A stretch of DNA of 64,000 bases from a virus (lineage: Duplodnaviria > Caudoviricetes). The stretch lies in the IMG/VR virus record IMGVR_UViG_3300021399_000003, positions 1 through 64,000 of that record, one strand, 5' to 3'. Position numbers and translations under genes: made by a program. The notes beneath the pieces were generated by a model. That model worked only from the letters and a program-made list of their open reading frames with translations. It had not been told where the DNA came from and did no database searches. Below are positions 40,401-50,042 of the stretch, one piece after another (the first letter of the stretch is position 1; the number at the start of each line of letters is the position of its first letter).

Positions 40401-41401
40401 AATTCTGGAATATAATTAATATACTTATCTATTTCCTCTTGCGTGCGCGCGTGAAACTCGCGCCAAGGCAGCATAGGAATTTCTAACGGCTTTAAGATTG
40501 AAAAATCTTCACACTTATCTTTAATTTCTCTAATATAATAATATGCGGCTTCAATTTCTTCTTTTTCAAGATAAGGAAAAAACGAACGAATTTCCTCATC
40601 ACTCATCATATAAGTCGTTTCATAAAAACTTCTTACTTCGCGCTCACCATCCTGCGCATTAAGAAATGATTCGTGAATGAATGAATCTTCTGGCCGCAGA
40701 TAATGACTATCGGTTGTAATGATATATGGAAGTTTTAATTCTCTTGCTATCTTAATGAGATGTTGATTAATAAAAATTTGCTCTTTATTATTAGATGGTT
40801 GTAATTCAAGATAAAAATTACCACGACCAAATATATCTTCTATATATAGACACCATTGTTTAGCGGTTTTATAAAACTCTTCATCACCGGTATCCATATA
40901 TCTTAAAAGGAATTTATCAAGCTGTGAACCAAGACAAGCTGACGATGCAATTAAATGTCCTTGATTTGGCTTAACGACTTCTTTTAAATCTCGGTAGTAA
41001 GTTGGACGCCTCCTTAACCTACGACTAATATAAGAACGACGCCACGCGCGAGTAGAAAGTTCACAAATCTGATGATAACCTTCCAAATCACGACAAAGAA
41101 GAATAAAGTGGAAATACCTATCTTTATTCTTATCATAATTTGTCGCATTTAAATCATTTCGCGTAAGATAAATCTCATTACCACGAATAAGTTTAAAATC
41201 TGGATGTTCCTTTTTAATTTTATTGTAATATTTTTCAGCCTTAATATAACTTGAAATAGTTTCATGGTCTGTGATTGCTACACACTCATGATCTAATTCA
41301 ATAGCCGTATCAATCAGAGAATTTACTTTATTAATACAATCTCGTAAAGTCTCATTACTATAATCCGTGTGATTATGAAGACTACCAGGGTATTTACTCA
41401 C
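37412..41401 (-). CDS. dnaE: DNA polymerase III alpha subunit (C-family)
   Basis: PHP domain (LHNHTDYS, AITDHE, TTDSHY), ARGSGGG, LDIDVD catalytic motif, GIHAGGV, YGFNASH, C-terminal OB fold. Confidence 0.95.
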   Translation of the reverse strand: MSKYPGSLHNHTDYSNETLRDCINKVNSLIDTAIELDHECVAITDHETISSYIKAEKYYNKIKKEHPDFKLIRGNEIYLTRNDLNATNYDKNKDRYFHFILLCRDLEGYHQICELSTRAWRRSYISRRLRRRPTYYRDLKEVVKPNQGHLIASSACLGSQLDKFLLRYMDTGDEEFYKTAKQWCLYIEDIFGRGNFYLELQPSNNKEQIFINQHLIKIARELKLPYIITTDSHYLRPEDSFIHESFLNAQDGEREVRSFYETTYMMSDEEIRSFFPYLEKEEIEAAYYYIREIKDKCEDFSILKPLEIPMLPWREFHARTQEEIDKYINYIPELDKFLHSFYRADNELFFAVIDGIQKHEDLQNQKAYDALNECLNMTWVSSEVNKARWSAYFLNLQKIIDECWNAGTLVMPARGSGGGFLLLYALDIIQINALREKTAMYPWRFLNPARVSVLDIDVDISGIKRAQVLEHLRKYYGENRVSNVATFKLEKSKSAILTACRGLGIDVDNAQYISSLVTQERGQAYTLHQMYYGDEENGIKPNPTFVEEINKYDKLWEVASKIEGLICGYGIHAGGVVFKDKDFTESSALMRAPDGTIITQFELHDLEDVSEIKMDLLSVEAADKIQTCLEMLIKDGYIEKYPTLRETYEKALGVYNILRDDEDMWKLVDEHKIVSLFQMEKASGIRGISLTHPKNVDDLATLNSVIRLMASEKGAESPLDKYARFRKHPNDWETEMIQYGLSNKERELLHEQLDVSDGLSITQEQFMKLVQLPECGGWDLQWADRLRKSIAKKNPKEYEQLTKEFYERVDEKNLSKRFCHYVWDVQIALSRGYGFNASHTYAYSIIALQEMNLAYRYPIVYWNTANLIVDSGGVQTEDIDEEDEDEIQAVLLENSVEYMNTSEYLDEEDEEEWEEANEETTETTADKKKKKNKVVDYGRIASIIGKMGDYGIKVSPPDINQSSFTFTPVAKDNVILYGLRGITRVSTDKINEIMAMRPYESLKDFLMKIKVNKLQMINLIKSGAFDNIENIPREEIMAKYIDMIADKKQRLTLQNMSMLIAKNQIPADMQFYAKLFSFNKFLKTCKDGIYYELNEAAINFIDNHFDIDIVEDGTRVLQKTWDNIYKKAMEPMRQYLKDNKEEALAKLNKALYDEIADKYADGNISKWEMDSISFYYHEHELAKAKNDFDDFFKLSEEPEIEYSFPGSNGQEIKVYKLFKIIGTVIDKDKNRNTVTLLTPTGVVNVKIYKNQYAIYDKQLSQRGDDGHKKILERSWFQRGTKLMVQGIRRGNDFIPKKKKQSIYPIISKITNVDEYGNLTFQYERAEVEE

Positions 41402-41431
41402 ACAATCACTTCCTTTCTTTATTCTATAATT

Positions 41432-41460
41432 ATTATATCATAGAATTTTATTTTTGTCAA
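41432..41460 (-). promoter_or_regulatory. sigma-A type promoter for dnaE
   Basis: TTGACA-17-TATAAT with extended TG (perfect consensus). Confidence 0.9.
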
Positions 41461-41621
41461 TTATAAGGATATTCATGTTCTTTATAATCCCAAGCTACCT
41501 GTTCTTCATATTCATCTTTTTCTTGACGAATAGTCAAACAAGCAGCGTTATTTCTAGACCAAAATACAGGACAATTTTCTCCATACTTACATTCAAAACA
41601 TTCAATATCTTTAAAAATCAT
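41457..41621 (-). CDS. small Cys-rich hypothetical protein (54 aa, not in ORF track)
   Basis: MIFKDIECFECKYGENCPVFWSRNNAAC...; overlaps recJ stop; its TGA lies inside the -35 TTGACA. Confidence 0.5.
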   Translation of the reverse strand: MIFKDIECFECKYGENCPVFWSRNNAACLTIRQEKDEYEEQVAWDYKEHEYPYN

Positions 41622-43389
41622 ATTTATTTTCATCCTTTAAAAGTTCATAATCATCAACAAACACTTGAATTGATGTGCGGCCAGCGAAAGTGTTTAGATT
41701 TGCACGCCCATAAACCGTAAGCTTATCCATTCTATTATTCATAACGGCATCAACAAAATCCATATCCTTAAATCTTACATAATCAACACCATTACAAGAA
41801 ATCTTCATACTATCCTTATTCGCGCCCATAGTCATAACATTTGAAAGTGTAATGTTTTTAATTACAAATTTAATTTCATCTATATGATTACCGAAAAACT
41901 CTGGGTGTGAAGCTAACACCGTGAGTAGCTCAGTATTATTATCGCCAGCATCAAGAATATAATCCACGGTATAACACTTTTTAAAATCATCATCATTAAG
42001 AACTGTGTTACTATAATTTAATAACCGCTCATCTAATGTAGCATTAATTCCAAAGCCTGCCGCGGCATCGTGTCCAGCGACATAATTCATTAGATTACTT
42101 TCTTCAAGAAACTGCTTAAAACTGGGCAGACCAGCAAAATTTCCGCTGCTACGAATACTTCCATTGATTTCACCTTTATCATTGCGGCGACCAATCATAA
42201 CTGGCTTATTATATTTATTTACAATAGCCATTGCGACTAGTCCAGTTAGTTCAGGCGGAATATTATCTTCTGGTTCAATTTCTACTAAAATAATATTATT
42301 GCTTGCCAAATCATTCTTTTGAATTTTGAAATCAATTAAGTCAATGGCCTTTTCTTTTAACTTATCTTGGCGGGCCTTTGCGTTTTTACCTACACGCGCG
42401 GTTTGCTCTGCGGCAGTCTCTGTGTCTCCTGGTCTTGCACCACGCTTCGTGCTTGGAAGGACTCTATCTGGTTCTACAAAGCAGTAGAACATTGCTTCTT
42501 TTTCTTTCATTGATCCAACACGAGTTAGAGCATTGATTAAAGGAGCGATATAAAAGGCAATATCAATGGGAGTTAAACCGCTCCATGGAAAAGTAGCTTT
42601 TTCTTTTAAGGAATATGATTGTGATGCCAGTAAAGTTTGAAAGCCCTTATTTTGAATATTAGAAAGACCTTCAAGCATAAGATAGTTAGTTTCAGCTGTT
42701 GTCCTATCCATAACATCAGCGATTTCTCCAAGAGCAACTAAATCCATATATTCTTGTGCTTGATGAATGCCGAGAATTTCATCCAGCACCTCACAAAACT
42801 TATATACTACACCCGCACCACAAAGAGATTTATTTTCATAATGTGGAGAAAGCTGATTATTTACTATTACTGTATTTGTAGCAGTAGAAATAACAGGATT
42901 GCCATCAGTATCATAAAGTTGTTCGTGATGGTCTAGCACAAGACAGTCAATATTTAAGTCTGCTAATCGTGCGTGTTCTTCTACATCATAACTCGCGGAA
43001 TCTGGACAAATGACTAAATCAATATCATTTAAAGTTTCTAACCAATCAATCTTGTCATCTAGACCATGCTGCTTATGCTCATGTAGCGTAAAATTAAGAT
43101 TAGCCTTTGGAAAAATATGCTTAATATAAAGCCATAAAATTGAGGAAGAAGTAAAGCCATCGCAGTCTGAATCTACGATAAACATAATTTTACTATCAGC
43201 GCGCAAATGCCGTAAGAGCATATCTGCGGCTAAATCAATATTTTCAAGTCCATATGGATCTAATTCGCATTTTGAAGTTGGATATAAAAAATTTTCAATA
43301 TCTTTTACGCCACGATCAATTAGAATTTCTTGAAGCGCGTAGTCTGGATTCATTGTATAATAATTTCTTAGTCTGTAAATCATAAACAT
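41611..43389 (-). CDS. recJ: RecJ-like DHH ssDNA exonuclease
   Basis: DSDCDG, LDHH, SLCGAGV, GEIADVM, GSIRS, AGHDAAAG. Confidence 0.9.
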   Translation of the reverse strand: MFMIYRLRNYYTMNPDYALQEILIDRGVKDIENFLYPTSKCELDPYGLENIDLAADMLLRHLRADSKIMFIVDSDCDGFTSSSILWLYIKHIFPKANLNFTLHEHKQHGLDDKIDWLETLNDIDLVICPDSASYDVEEHARLADLNIDCLVLDHHEQLYDTDGNPVISTATNTVIVNNQLSPHYENKSLCGAGVVYKFCEVLDEILGIHQAQEYMDLVALGEIADVMDRTTAETNYLMLEGLSNIQNKGFQTLLASQSYSLKEKATFPWSGLTPIDIAFYIAPLINALTRVGSMKEKEAMFYCFVEPDRVLPSTKRGARPGDTETAAEQTARVGKNAKARQDKLKEKAIDLIDFKIQKNDLASNNIILVEIEPEDNIPPELTGLVAMAIVNKYNKPVMIGRRNDKGEINGSIRSSGNFAGLPSFKQFLEESNLMNYVAGHDAAAGFGINATLDERLLNYSNTVLNDDDFKKCYTVDYILDAGDNNTELLTVLASHPEFFGNHIDEIKFVIKNITLSNVMTMGANKDSMKISCNGVDYVRFKDMDFVDAVMNNRMDKLTVYGRANLNTFAGRTSIQVFVDDYELLKDENKYDF

Positions 43390-43394
43390 TACTC

Positions 43395-44519
43395 CTATCT
43401 TACTTTTACTCTTGTTTTATATAAATGTTCAAAAACTTCTTTTCCTTTATCAAATGGAGAATCTTTTTCCTCCAATACATTATCATAATCCCATATGTAA
43501 GAAAAAACAGCCTGGTTGCTATATTTACGGCACATAGATATTATTCGTTCTTTATATTTTCTGGCTTTTTCGGTTCTCCAATCTGTGTACTCTTTATCTA
43601 AAGCAATAATGATTTCATTTGCGCCAAGAACATTAGTTAATAAACTAATGTGATATTTATTAAAGGTGGAACCGCAGCAGGCAACACAATTACTTAAATC
43701 TCCATAATACCCATCATCTAGTAATACTGATTTTTCAGCTTCTGCTATAATGGCTTGTCGCCGCATTTTAATTCCATTTTGATGCTCATGTATACCATAC
43801 AAATTGAATTGCAACGGATGAGCGTAAGTTATTCTACCGATTTGTAATGGCCTGTATTTGCCATATGCTTCAGCTTCTTTTTTATCTAATGTACGCCCGC
43901 GAATACCAACTAATCTTCCATTTATATCAAAGTGCGGAATAATGATTTTATTTTGTCCCAGTGAAAATCCAATATGAAATTTATCCATAGCTTCTGGAGT
44001 TATTCCATCCCGCAGCCAAGTTGGATGATAATAATGTGTGAAGTAAGATAAAACTTCTTTAGGATATTCATCAAGAATGGGAATGTTATTATTAAATTGA
44101 TATTTGTTTAAATCTAATTCATAATTATATGATACTTTGTTTGTATTTATAACAATGTGTTTTAAACATTGTTTTACATATTCTTCAGCCTCTTCTATTG
44201 TAACTGGATAATGATTTAATGCCATATATTTTTGATATAATCCAAATATAGACATTGCTTCATTACATTCAGTATAGCATCTAAATATTTTATTATTTTG
44301 ATACCAATATAATTTCATAGATTCAGCTTCATTGATAGGATTATGACAAATTGTTGGACATACAAGATATTGTTTATCTTCATTCACCGTAATCTGTGTT
44401 ACTCCAAGACTTTCAAGAAAATTCTTTACATCATGAAGTGTAATTGAATCTACAATATCTTTTTTACTTGCTATTGCTAAATCAAGTTCACTATCTTGAT
44501 TTTGTAATGTCGTTAGCAA
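43395..44519 (-). CDS. dnaG: DNA primase (Zn finger + TOPRIM)
   Basis: CPTICHN...CYTEC Zn finger, IIIPHFD...GIRGR, AEAEKS, IIIALDKE. Confidence 0.85.
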   Translation of the reverse strand: MLTTLQNQDSELDLAIASKKDIVDSITLHDVKNFLESLGVTQITVNEDKQYLVCPTICHNPINEAESMKLYWYQNNKIFRCYTECNEAMSIFGLYQKYMALNHYPVTIEEAEEYVKQCLKHIVINTNKVSYNYELDLNKYQFNNNIPILDEYPKEVLSYFTHYYHPTWLRDGITPEAMDKFHIGFSLGQNKIIIPHFDINGRLVGIRGRTLDKKEAEAYGKYRPLQIGRITYAHPLQFNLYGIHEHQNGIKMRRQAIIAEAEKSVLLDDGYYGDLSNCVACCGSTFNKYHISLLTNVLGANEIIIALDKEYTDWRTEKARKYKERIISMCRKYSNQAVFSYIWDYDNVLEEKDSPFDKGKEVFEHLYKTRVKVR

Positions 44520-46139
44520 TTATGTTTCCTCCTTTATCATTTCGCGCCAATCACCTATCATTTCTTCTATTACCGTTTGGAATGTATCCGTTTTCCATTC
44601 TATTGGTGAATTATTTGAAGAAGTCATAAATAAATCTACTCTTCTTCCAGTGCCAAGATGGATGTGTGACCAGATTCTTATACCACGATAACGTCCACGA
44701 CGCATCTTATAAATATCTATAATATGAGTTGGACGATAATCAGGATTTTCTAGATATATTGCATCAATAATTCCTTCTCTTACATATGGTCTTAATTTTG
44801 GAATTAAATCATCCCACATTTTCGTATCTACTCTACTCATTACGCAACCCATATCGCATTTATCTGCTACTGCTTTTGAACCACGAATACAAGATTCATC
44901 TTTAAATTCTCCATCACTTTCCATGCCTTTCGCATTTACCTGCGTAGCAGAAAAAATAAAAACATTATAATCCTTTGCGATTTGCTTTAATTGATTTGCC
45001 ATCATCATAAGAATAACATCTTCGCGCAAACCATTTTTCGCAAACTGATTCATCATGCTCGCGGTTGAATGAATGTAATCAAAGAATACATATTTTACTC
45101 CATCTACTGTTGCATACTTTTTTATTGTCGCTTCAACATTTACAAGATTCGGTTCACTAATTTCCTCAATTAAAAAATAGCCTTGATATTCCTGCATTAT
45201 TGTCGCCGCAAACTTGACTCGTTGTAATTCTCCTGGTTCATATCTACCAGTAAGAATATGCGCTTCATCTACACCAGATAAATATGCTAACATCATTGTT
45301 TGAATTTCTTCAACATCCATCTCTGTGACAATAAATAAAACTTTACGAGGTTGTCGTGGTTCATCAAAATTTATTTCATGAATAAATGTTCCTTTTTCAT
45401 GCGACCATCTTTTTGGATATGCTAAACGACACGCATCAAAAACTGATGTTCTACTTTTACCAGCATTTGTGCTTGCGGATTTCAAAAAGAAACAACCTTC
45501 TCGCGCGCCACGACAAGCTGAACTAAAAATATCTCCTTCAAGATCAGGACCTATATTTGGAGTTTTTTGTAAATTATCAATAAGTTCAAAAATACTATTC
45601 GCGGGGTCACCATTTCTTTTTGTCCCATTAACAAAATCATTTCTAATTTCGTTAAATTTTCCCTCGACTTCTGCTAAAATATCATCAAGACTAGAATCTT
45701 CGCAATGTTTTTGAACTTCACTCGCTTTTAATGGGTCATCTACATCTTTATCATCTATATAAAAATTACTAATATCATAATGTGCTTTCTTTAATTGATA
45801 AAGTAATGAATACTTTTTTAATCGGTTATAATACATTTGAAAATTGCTTGGTTCAGCAAATTCATATGCATTTTTTAAATATTCTAAACCGCCATTACTA
45901 AAATATTGTGTCGCGGCCGCAGTACCTTTTTGATTTTCAAATTCCTTATCTACTTCATATACACTTAAACTTTTTGCTCCTGCTTCGTACATACCTCGTA
46001 TTACTAGAAAGCAGGCTCTATCAACTTTTGCTTCTACAAAGTCATAAGGATTTATATCTGGATATTCTATAAACAAAAGAAGATTATGCATTAAACTTCC
46101 TACTATCTGACGATATGCCGTCTTATCTGATAGTGTCAT
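44520..46139 (-). CDS. dnaB: replicative DnaB-like helicase
   Basis: Walker A ASTNAGKS, IVTEM, VFFDYI, SATQVN, KMRRG. Confidence 0.88.
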   Translation of the reverse strand: MTLSDKTAYRQIVGSLMHNLLLFIEYPDINPYDFVEAKVDRACFLVIRGMYEAGAKSLSVYEVDKEFENQKGTAAATQYFSNGGLEYLKNAYEFAEPSNFQMYYNRLKKYSLLYQLKKAHYDISNFYIDDKDVDDPLKASEVQKHCEDSSLDDILAEVEGKFNEIRNDFVNGTKRNGDPANSIFELIDNLQKTPNIGPDLEGDIFSSACRGAREGCFFLKSASTNAGKSRTSVFDACRLAYPKRWSHEKGTFIHEINFDEPRQPRKVLFIVTEMDVEEIQTMMLAYLSGVDEAHILTGRYEPGELQRVKFAATIMQEYQGYFLIEEISEPNLVNVEATIKKYATVDGVKYVFFDYIHSTASMMNQFAKNGLREDVILMMMANQLKQIAKDYNVFIFSATQVNAKGMESDGEFKDESCIRGSKAVADKCDMGCVMSRVDTKMWDDLIPKLRPYVREGIIDAIYLENPDYRPTHIIDIYKMRRGRYRGIRIWSHIHLGTGRRVDLFMTSSNNSPIEWKTDTFQTVIEEMIGDWREMIKEET

Positions 46140-46151
46140 TTACATCTCTCC

Positions 46152-46661
46152 TTAATCATCAAAAAAATCATCAAGACTCCAATTTTTCTTTCCAACTGTA
46201 GAAGTGTTTTCTTTGATTTTTACCATTCGTGGCTTAACTGTTGAGTTCATACTTTCTGCAAAAGCACTAGCCAGCTTATTTTGTTCATATTCTTGACGTC
46301 GCTTATATTTCATCATCTTCTCAACTGTTGGCGGATTAACTAAACATAGAGACTCTGATAATTTTTGTGCTTTTTCTACTAAATAAATATAATTTAAACA
46401 ATCAATAATTATTTGATCGGTATAGCCATAAGTATCCATAAGACGCTTGCGTTCAGCCCATATACGAGGCCCTGGCGCCTTTAATCCAAAAATATTACAA
46501 ACACTTTCTGAAAACTTATCACGTGATTGTTGTTCTTTTAGACAATTCGGACAATATTTATGAAATGTAGTTGAACGTGGACTAGCATATTCTACTAGCT
46601 CATTTCGTAAAAATTGTTGCTTACACTTAAAACATTGTAATGTTGCTTTTGCCATAATCAT
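46152..46661 (-). CDS. Zn-finger replication accessory protein (possible helicase loader)
   Basis: CFKC...CPNC; sits between the Sak4-like ATPase and helicase as in SPbeta-like replication clusters. Confidence 0.5.
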   Translation of the reverse strand: MIMAKATLQCFKCKQQFLRNELVEYASPRSTTFHKYCPNCLKEQQSRDKFSESVCNIFGLKAPGPRIWAERKRLMDTYGYTDQIIIDCLNYIYLVEKAQKLSESLCLVNPPTVEKMMKYKRRQEYEQNKLASAFAESMNSTVKPRMVKIKENTSTVGKKNWSLDDFFDD

Positions 46662-46675
46662 CCCTCCTACTATTT

Positions 46676-46704
46676 AGTATATCACAGATTTGAAAAAAAG
46701 TCAA
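46676..46704 (-). promoter_or_regulatory. sigma-A type promoter
   Basis: TTGACT-17-TATACT with extended TG. Confidence 0.8.
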
Positions 46705-46730
46705 TAAAAAAAGACCTATACAGGTCTTTT
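46705..46730 (-). terminator. intrinsic terminator
   Basis: AAAAGACC-TGTATA-GGTCTTTT followed by further Ts. Confidence 0.7.
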
Positions 46731-46731
46731 C

Positions 46732-47736
46732 TTATTCCATAATTTCTTTCATTTCATCTATGAATAACTCAACAAGGTCGCTTTGCGAGGGAACTGCTTG
46801 ACTAAGCTTAAACGTTTCTGTGCCAAACACACGCTTGATAATATCTTTAGCAATATTAAAGTGTTGCTCTTTTGCTTCGTCTGTTTCAGCTTCATTAATA
46901 TACGCTTGCCAAATTGCCTTGGCTTCTTCCATAATTTCATTAAATGGACGAGCCTTAATTTGCGCGATAACTGTATGGTCAGTTACTTCTGCTCCATCCT
47001 TTTCAACAGCTTGGTCAATTGCATCACCAATCGCATCAACCAATTCTTGATAACCAAACTTAATCTTTGGCGCCAAGTATTGATAACGACTGCCCGCAAA
47101 TACTGTCGGTGTAGAGCGTGTGTATAGATAGCGTTCAGAAGTGCCGTCATTATTCATCTGAACTTGTAAATATCCAATAATATCTACAATACTGTTTACA
47201 ATTTGATAGCACTGATTCGGCAAGTCAGGCGCTACCGCGGTGATTTCATTACCCTCTTCATCGCGCATTTCGGTTGGCTTTTCCTTACTATGCGCGATAA
47301 ATAAAATACCAAAACCAAGAAGTGTAATTTCACGCCAGCATTCAGAGAACTCATTTCGTAGCATACCCCAGCCTTGGCCCCAAGGAATTTCTCGGATGGA
47401 ATCAACACTTTCACGCTGACAAATATACTTCTCACAAAGTTGCCATGCGATAGAAGCGGTATCTACTACAATACTATCATACATTTCACGTGCCTGTGGC
47501 TTACGTAGTTGTGTAAGAACCTTGCGGAAATCACTCCAACGAAGAATAGGAACACTACGAATACCAGCTAAGGCATTAGTGCCTTGCTCAAAATTTAGAA
47601 ATAGTGAGCGAGGTAATTGCGAGCCAAATGTGGATTTACCCGTTTTAGGCTGCCCATAAATAAGTAAAAACTTTCCTTTTAGGTCGCGGGAAATCTTACT
47701 TGGTTCAAGAGAGAAAATATCAATATCGTTTGCCAT
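46732..47736 (-). CDS. AAA_24/Sak4-like ATPase (recombinase)
   Basis: YGQPKTGKST Walker A, IVVDT Walker B, FIAHSKE, AGSR; adjacent to SSB. Confidence 0.82.
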   Translation of the reverse strand: MANDIDIFSLEPSKISRDLKGKFLLIYGQPKTGKSTFGSQLPRSLFLNFEQGTNALAGIRSVPILRWSDFRKVLTQLRKPQAREMYDSIVVDTASIAWQLCEKYICQRESVDSIREIPWGQGWGMLRNEFSECWREITLLGFGILFIAHSKEKPTEMRDEEGNEITAVAPDLPNQCYQIVNSIVDIIGYLQVQMNNDGTSERYLYTRSTPTVFAGSRYQYLAPKIKFGYQELVDAIGDAIDQAVEKDGAEVTDHTVIAQIKARPFNEIMEEAKAIWQAYINEAETDEAKEQHFNIAKDIIKRVFGTETFKLSQAVPSQSDLVELFIDEMKEIME

Positions 47737-47751
47737 ATGCTATCCCTCCTT

Positions 47752-47784
47752 AGAAAATGAGAATAAGGTTTTCACCTTATTCCC
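47752..47784 (-). terminator. terminator/attenuator after ssb
   Basis: GAATAAGGT-GAAA-ACCTTATTC followed by TCATTTT. Confidence 0.65.
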
Positions 47785-48682
47785 AATCATAGGACTTAGC
47801 AGCCTTGGCTGGCTCCTTAGCCGCCTTTGGAGCATTACCCTTCTTGGCATCAATCTGTAGCTGTTCAATCATTGCCTTACGGACATTGAACGCCTTCTTG
47901 ATGTCAGTCTTATCATAGGCAAACTCTTCCTCATAAGGTTCATCACTGCCCTTGGTAATGACTAGCTGACGTACCGTGCGAGTTGTAGTCTCGGGTACAT
48001 CCTCACCCCAAGAGCTTTCAGTAGCCTTTGGCTTATCTTCAATAGAAGTAACACGAATACGACCGCGAACCTCTACAGTGTCATCAATATTCCAGTTGCG
48101 CTCAATGTAATCAATAGTATCGGGATTCTCAACTACAAACTCAATCACATCTAGCTTACCCTGATACTGAACAATTGCGCCCTTGATGATTAGCTTGCCA
48201 GTCTCTTCACCCTCACGGTCAACCTCTGGCTTCATATCCATGATATAAATATCAATAATGAAAGAAGCTACATCTGCGGTCGCACCAGAGTTAATGAAGC
48301 TAGTATTAATCTGCCAGCCATGAATTAGCTGACCGCTATTACGAGAAACAAAGTTATTCTCGCGTAGATTCGCGCCAGAAATACGAACAGTATCGGCATT
48401 ATCAATGCCAACCATCTGTGCGGTCTTCATTTCGGCTAGATTCTCAATCTGAGTATAACCCGGATTTAGCTTATTTTGCTGAGTATATTGTGCAGCGAAC
48501 ATACTGACTGGGATTTCACTAGTCTCTTCGCGCCCGCCATAAGTCTGAGTTACACGAATTGTAAGATTCGCACGCTTATACTTGCGGCCATCACTTAATG
48601 TGCCATCGTTAATTACTGCGTCTAGTAGCTTGCCAACAACATTAATTTTGTTATTTGCTTGTGTCATAATATCCTTGCTCAT
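47777..48682 (-). CDS. ssb: single-stranded DNA-binding protein (tandem OB folds)
   Basis: NKINVVGKL...; second OB fold (TVEVRGRI); acidic/aromatic C-terminus YDWE; high-expression codon bias; next to Sak4. Confidence 0.7.
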   Translation of the reverse strand: MSKDIMTQANNKINVVGKLLDAVINDGTLSDGRKYKRANLTIRVTQTYGGREETSEIPVSMFAAQYTQQNKLNPGYTQIENLAEMKTAQMVGIDNADTVRISGANLRENNFVSRNSGQLIHGWQINTSFINSGATADVASFIIDIYIMDMKPEVDREGEETGKLIIKGAIVQYQGKLDVIEFVVENPDTIDYIERNWNIDDTVEVRGRIRVTSIEDKPKATESSWGEDVPETTTRTVRQLVITKGSDEPYEEEFAYDKTDIKKAFNVRKAMIEQLQIDAKKGNAPKAAKEPAKAAKSYDWE

Positions 48683-48714
48683 ATTACATTTCTCCTTATC
48701 TTTTCTTTACATTT

Positions 48715-48743
48715 ATTATATCATAATTTTTATATGTTGTCAA
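48715..48743 (-). promoter_or_regulatory. sigma-A type promoter for ssb
   Basis: TTGACA-17-TATAAT with extended TG. Confidence 0.9.
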
Positions 48744-48744
48744 G

Positions 48745-48780
48745 ATAAAACTAAGGCGATTCCACGAGGGAATCGCCCTC
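48745..48780 (-). terminator. intrinsic terminator
   Basis: GGCGATTCC-CTCGT-GGAATCGCC followed by TTAGTTTTAT. Confidence 0.7.
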
Positions 48781-48790
48781 ATTTATTCTA

Positions 48791-49150
48791 TTAGGCGTTC
48801 TCCTTGGCAGCCTTAGCAGCAGCGCGCTCAGCGGCCTTACGCTCCTTCTCAGCAGCTTTAGCCGCCTGCTTGGCCTCTTCCTCAGCTACTGGGTCATAGG
48901 CTAGACCAGCCTCAGTTAGTGTCTCATGACGAACAGTCTTAACCTTTGCCTTGCGAGTCTCGGTAGCATCTTCAACAACCTTCTCTTCTAGACGCTCAGT
49001 AACATAGCCCTTCTTAACTAGGCCATTAATGGAACCGGTAACGGCGGGAATGGAAATACCTAGGGTCTCTGCAATCTCATTCTTGGTAAACTCCTGGCCA
49101 AAGTGCTTCTTAAGAAAATTTAATACTAACTCTGAGTTGGGTGTGATCAT
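48791..49150 (-). CDS. winged-helix DNA-binding protein with Ala/Lys/Glu-rich tail
   Basis: TKNEIAETLGISIPAVTGSINGLVKKGYV wHTH; C-terminal AAKAAEKERKAAERAAAKAAK. Confidence 0.75.
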   Translation of the reverse strand: MITPNSELVLNFLKKHFGQEFTKNEIAETLGISIPAVTGSINGLVKKGYVTERLEEKVVEDATETRKAKVKTVRHETLTEAGLAYDPVAEEEAKQAAKAAEKERKAAERAAAKAAKENA

Positions 49151-49233
49151 AAAACATCAATCTCCTTTATTAAATAATTATTTTTATATTTGTAAGCGGC
49201 AGGAATTTTACTCCTTTTCCTCTTTACAATCTT

Positions 49234-49262
49234 ATTATATCAGATTTTTATATAAAAGTCAA
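49234..49262 (-). promoter_or_regulatory. sigma-A type promoter
   Basis: TTGACT-17-TATAAT with extended TG; the -35 contains the TGA stop of the upstream GIY-YIG gene. Confidence 0.85.
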
Positions 49263-49948
49263 ATATTAGTTAAGTATTTTGCTACTGTTTGACGAGAAAT
49301 TTTTAATTCTTTTCCTATTTCATTTAAAGTATATCCCTGTTGTCGAAGTTCACGGGCTCTTGTTTTATTATTTTCTCGTTGATTTGTTGTTAATAAATCA
49401 GGTCGTAGTCGCTGTAAAACTCTATTTATTGTAGTTGTTCCACAATTTAAAATACTTGCTATTAATACAGTGCCGTATCCAGCCTCTTTCATTTCACAAA
49501 TTAAAGCATCTTTAGCGTGAGCAGTATTTAAATTATGATTTTTTAAAATATCAACTACTGTTTCTCTACTACATTTTAATTCTTGACAAATTTCAAAAAT
49601 CTTTTTATTTTGTTGCCGTAATATTAAAACTTGTTTTTCAATGCCCTCATTTAATCGTTTATTGCCACAACCACCTAATGTAGAATTATAACCATTATAA
49701 TAACTATTATAATAATTAATCCAATACATTTCTCTTTCATCTAATAAAGAATCTGAAACTTCTTCTATTAAAAAAACATGAAACTTTTCTTGGCCTATTA
49801 AATGAATAGCATTATAAAATTTATTTTTAATATTATTATTAGAATTATATAAATGTTGTTTAAAACGAGTTTCAATAGATAACGTAGTTTGACCAATATA
49901 AACCTTGTCATTCACATCATTTGTGATTTTATAAATATATCCCATCAT
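49259..49948 (-). CDS. free-standing GIY-YIG endonuclease with three C-terminal HTH modules
   Basis: GYIYKITN...VYIGQT...R...ERE...GYNSTLGG; HTH repeats such as GYTLNEIGKELKISRQTVAKYL. Confidence 0.88.
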   Translation of the reverse strand: MMGYIYKITNDVNDKVYIGQTTLSIETRFKQHLYNSNNNIKNKFYNAIHLIGQEKFHVFLIEEVSDSLLDEREMYWINYYNSYYNGYNSTLGGCGNKRLNEGIEKQVLILRQQNKKIFEICQELKCSRETVVDILKNHNLNTAHAKDALICEMKEAGYGTVLIASILNCGTTTINRVLQRLRPDLLTTNQRENNKTRARELRQQGYTLNEIGKELKISRQTVAKYLTNI

Positions 49949-50034
49949 AATCCCTCCCAGGATATTGATTATATAAGAGGCTTGTGTGGGAGCACATTAT
50001 CTCAAAGAGTAGCTAATTCTTTGCTTCCCTCTTA
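49949..50034 (-). ncRNA. putative structured cis-regulatory leader RNA, copy 2
   Basis: P1 TAAGAGG/CCTCTTA; P2 CAAAGA/TCTTTG with loop ATTAGCTAC; P3 TGTG/CACA with loop CTCCCA, complementary to TGGGAG of the SD. Confidence 0.7.
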
Positions 50035-50042
50035 CTATAATA

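Noticed and set aside
33829-46139. Introns or inteins in nrdJ, dnaE or the helicase
   Set aside because: All are continuous, of normal length, and lack intein splice-junction motifs; the GIY-YIG genes are intergenic.
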